Below are positions 60,745-64,000 of a stretch of DNA of 64,000 nt, one piece after another (within the stretch, counting starts at the first letter, position 1; every line of letters starts with the position of its first letter). Made by a program: the position numbers and the translations under genes. A model generated the notes under the pieces. It worked only from the letters and a program-made list of their open reading frames with translations, did no database searches and was not told the origin of the DNA. Source of the stretch: an uncultured Candidatus Rokubacteria bacterium (lineage in GTDB: Bacteria > Methylomirabilota > Methylomirabilia > Rokubacteriales > CSP1-6); NCBI GenBank assembly GCA_963747235.1, contig CAVVEU010000008.1, positions 224,001-288,000 on the forward strand. Direction: 5' to 3'.

Positions 60745-61693
60745 CGACAGGACCTTGCGCGGGTCGAGGGCGTCGCGCAGGCCGTCGCCGATGTAGTTGA
60801 TGCTGAGCACGGTGAGGAAGATGGCGGTGCCCGGGAAGATGGCCCAGTGCGGGGCGAAGTCGAGGTTGTCCTTGGCGTCGAAGAGGATGCGGCCCCAGGT
60901 CGGGATGTCGGGCGGGAAGCCCAGGCCCAGGAAGGATAGCGACGACTCCGCGATGATGGCGGCGGCCACGTCGATGGTGCCGGCCACGATGACCGGGCCC
61001 ACCGCGTTGGGCAGGATGTGGCGGACGACCTGCCGGAGCGGCGGGCGCCCCGAGCCCGCGCGCCGCCTCCACGAACTCCTTCTCGCGCAGCGACAGGAAC
61101 TGGGCGCGGACGAGCCGCGCCACCGGCATCCAGCGCAGCCCGCCGATGACGACGACCACCAGGATGAACACCCCCATCTCGGGGCCCATCACCTTCTTCA
61201 GCGCGTCGCGGAAGAGGTAGACCAGCAGGAGGAGCAGCGGGAGCCCGGGCAGGGAGAGGAAGAGATCGGTGACGCGCATCAGCGCGTGGTCGGTGGCGCC
61301 GCCCATCTGGCCGGCGGTGGCGCCGATCATGGTGCCGACGATGATGGCGATGAGCATCGCGGCGACGCCCACCGCGAGCGAGATGCGGCCGCCGTAGAGC
61401 ATGCGCGCGAGGAGGTCCTGGCCCAGGTCGTCGGTGCCGAGCGGGTGCGCCCACGAGGGGCCCTTCAGCTTGGCCTTGAAGTCGATCTCGTTGATGGGGA
61501 CGCGGTAGACGAACGGGCCGACCAGCACCGCGACCACCATCGACCAGCAGCACCGACCATCCCGACGGTGGCGAGGCGGTGCTTGCGGAAGCGCCGCCAC
61601 GACTCGCTCCAGAGCGTCCGCACCCGGGGCGGGCGGCGAGCGACGACCGCCCCCGGACCGTCTGGGACGCCACGCCGTTCGGGGAGGAGTCAT
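60745..61693 (-). CDS. oppC: Peptide/nickel ABC permease OppC-like (frameshifts; no stop at the expected position)
   Basis: HPLGTD, GGRISL, ESSLSFLGLG, GDGLRDALDP. Confidence 0.85.
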
Positions 61694-61696
61694 GCT

Positions 61697-62659
61697 CTAT
61701 CGGTACGAGATGCGCGGATCGAGCCAGCCGTAGAGCAGGTCCGCCACCAGGTTGAAGATCAGCACGAGGCAGGAGAACACGAAGGTGATGGCCATGATCA
61801 CCGGGGTGTCGTTGGCGAGGATCGAGGTGATCAGGAGCGAGCCGATGCCGGGCACCCGGAAGATCTGCTCGGTGATGACCGCGCCGGTGAAGATGCCGGG
61901 GATCTGGAGCGCGATCAGGGTGACGACCGGGATCAGCGCGTTGCGCACCACGTGCTTGAGGATCGTGACCCTCTCGGAGAGCCCCTTGGCCCGCGCGGTG
62001 TTGATGTAGTCGAGCCGGATCACCTCCAGCACCGCCGAGCGCATGTAGCGCGTCATGGCCGCGCCCTGGAAGAGGCCCAGCACCGTCACCGGCATGATGA
62101 CCTGGCGGATGTTCTCCCAGTACCAGCGCCAGCCGGAGCCGCTGATGTCCGCGCGGTAGATGAAGGGCAGCCAGTCGAGATAGATGCTGAAGAACAGGAT
62201 GAAGAGGATGCCGGTGAAGAAGGTGGGCAGCGAGAAGCCGATGAACGCGAAGGTGGTCGAGATCTGGTCGAAGAGCGAGTAGGGGCGCATCGCCGCGTAG
62301 ATGCCCGACCGGCAGCGCCACCAGGAGCCCCAGGAGCTGAGCCAGGCCCAGCACCCAGAGGGTGGTGGGCAGCCGCTGCATGATGAGGGTGCCCACGTCG
62401 ATGCGGCTCACGAAGGAGAAGCCCCAGTCGCCCTTGACCATGGACATGAACCAGCGCACGTAGCGGACCGGGATCGGGTCGTCGAGGCCGAACTGGTGGC
62501 GGAGGTTCATGCGCACCTCGGGCGGGACGTTGGGGTTGGTGGCCAGCTCCTCGAACGGATCGCCCGGGGCCATGGCCAGGATGGTGAACAGGACCAGGCT
62601 GATCCCGGCCAGGGCCGGGGATCAAGATCAGGACCCGCCGGATGCAGATACTTGGACAT
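61697..62659 (-). CDS. oppB: Peptide/nickel ABC permease OppB-like (frameshifts)
   Basis: APGDP, GDWG.S, TARAKGL, RNALIP, DLLY..LDPRI. Confidence 0.88.
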
Positions 62660-62671
62660 CGCGGCAACGGC

Positions 62672-62707
62672 GCGGGCGGGCCGGGCCCGTCGGCCCGGCC
62701 CGCCCGC
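62672..62707 (-). terminator. 16-bp GC hairpin between oppA and oppB
   Basis: GCGGGCGGGCCGGGCC-CGTC-GGCCCGGCCCGCCCGC. Confidence 0.55.
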
Positions 62708-62714
62708 CGTCCGC

Positions 62715-64000
62715 CTAGGCCTCGCGGTACCAGATGTGGAGCGTGCCAGAAGTCGGAGTCCCAGCCGCTCTGCTCGAGCGCGCAGCTTGTTGCTGATCGC
62801 GGCCACGCGCGGGCGCTAGCACCACGGGGATCACCACGACGTTCTGGATGACCAGGTCGTTCATCTTGATGAAGAGCGCCGCCCGCTTGACCGGGTCCAT
62901 CTCGGTCTCGGCGGCGCGGTAGAGCTTGTCGTACTCCTCGCTCTGCCAGCGCGTGATGTTGCGGCCCTGCCACTTGTTCTCCTTGGAGGCGATCTCCCAG
63001 GAGGTGAACTGGTTCATGAACAGCTCGGGATCCGGCATGGTCATGGTCGTCGTGTACATCTGGATGTCGGTGTAGAAGTGGGTGTAGGTGTCCGGGTTGG
63101 CCGGCGTCGGAGGAGAAGTAGACCGACGCGGTGACCGACTTGATCTCGACGTCGATGCCGGCCTTGGCCGCCGCCTGCTTGACGATGGCCTGGTTCTTCT
63201 GCCGCGGGGCGTTGATCGAGGTCTGGTAGACCATCTTGAGCTTCTTGCCGTCCTTGGCCCGGATGCCGTCGGCGCCCTTCTTCCAGCCCGCCGCCTCGAG
63301 GATCTGGTTGGCCTTGTCGACGTTGAACTCCCACCTGGTGTTCTTGGAGTTGAAGCGGTCCGGGCGCGTTGAGGAAGTTCGCGGTGGCGATGCCGGTGCG
63401 CCCGTAGATCTGCTCCTGGACCGAGGCGCGGTCGACGAGGAGATTCAGGGCCTGGCGGACCGCCGGGTCGGTCAGGAACGGATGCTTGGTCTTGACGCTC
63501 GAGCGCTCGCCGTCGACTTCCTTCCACGGGTCGGTGTTGTTGAGCTGGATGTGCTCGATGTTGCCGCCGGTCACGATGTCGGCCTTGCCCTTGCCGCCCT
63601 GCTCGAGGCGCTTGAGGATCTCGTCCTCGACCTGCATGTTCCAGGCGTAGTCGAACTCGCCGGTCTGGATCACCGCGCGGGCGGCCGAGACCGCGTCGCC
63701 GCCGCCCTTCATCTCGATGGTGTCGAAGAAGGGCCGGTTCGGCATGTGGTAGTTCGGGATTGAGCTCGCCCCGGACGATGTCGCCCGGCTTGAAGTCCAC
63801 GAACCGGTACGGGCCGGTGCCGACCGGCTTGAGGTTGTTCGGCGCCTCGCGGGACTTGGCGCCCTTGAAGGCCTCGAAGAGGTGCTTGGGGATGATCATG
63901 CCGCGCACGCCGCAGAAGGGATCGGCCCAGAAGGGCGTCGGCTTCTGGAAGACGACCCGGATCGTGTGGCTGTCGACCTTCGTCGATCTTGACGTCCTTG
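62715..64000 (-). CDS. oppA: Peptide ABC substrate-binding protein (family 5), 5' end outside the window; frameshifts
   Basis: PVGTGPY, VRQAL, AGW..G.DG.R.KDG. Confidence 0.88.
   Translation of the reverse strand, partial: RTSRSTKVDSHTIRVVFQKPTPFWADPFCGVRGMIIPKHLFEAFKGAKSREAPNNLKPVGTGPYRFVDFKPGDIVRGELNPELPHAEPALLRHHRDEGRRRRGLGRPRGDPDRRVRLRLEHAGRGRDPQAPRAGRQGQGRHRDRRQHRAHPAQQHRPVEGSRRRALERQDQASVPDRPGGPPGPESPRRPRLGPGADLRAHRHRHRELPQRARTASTPRTPGGSSTSTRPTRSSRRRAGRRAPTASGPRTARSSRWSTRPRSTPRGRRTRPSSSRRRPRPASTSRSSRSPRRSTSPPTPANPDTYTHFYTDIQMYTTTMTMPDPELFMNQFTSWEIASKENKWQGRNITRWQSEEYDKLYRAAETEMDPVKRAALFIKMNDLVIQNVVVIPVVLAPARGRDQQQAARSSRAAGTPTSGTLHIWYREA

Noticed and set aside
690-64000. Many frameshifted genes read as programmed frameshifting or mass pseudogenisation
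   Set aside because: The indels are scattered through GC runs in ordinary genes (hflX, liv, opp) without slippery motifs, which is typical of long-read consensus error. The three TGAs differ: they are in frame, at catalytic Cys columns and followed by hairpins

Overview
Very GC-rich bacterial chromosomal segment. The gene mix and style suggest a soil or sediment organism such as Ca. Rokubacteria/Methylomirabilota, which is an inference only. It carries many single-base indels and several apparent deletions, probably from a long-read or MAG consensus. About 65 mostly metabolic, transport and regulatory genes are present; no tRNA, rRNA, CRISPR array or transposase was seen. The main signal is three selenoproteins that the ORF track splits at in-frame TGA codons, each followed by a SECIS-like hairpin with an AGU apical loop. 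One is a secreted UxxC thioredoxin-like protein (18267-18791). The other two are UGSC-motif proteins resembling the Sec segment of GrdB/PrdB, each tied to the same uncharacterised ~350-aa partner domain, once as a fusion (47190-48779) and once as a two-gene operon (51972-53554). Other notable items: a repeated structured element with a perfect 34-bp terminal inverted repeat (50427-50590, partial copy at about 15855-15965); BoxC-like palindromes; three sigma54 promoters, two with IHF-like sites and one driving an unannotated 41-aa ORF; a CP-ATP-grasp/alpha-E/transglutaminase operon; and a ClpS with a Cys-substituted pocket.
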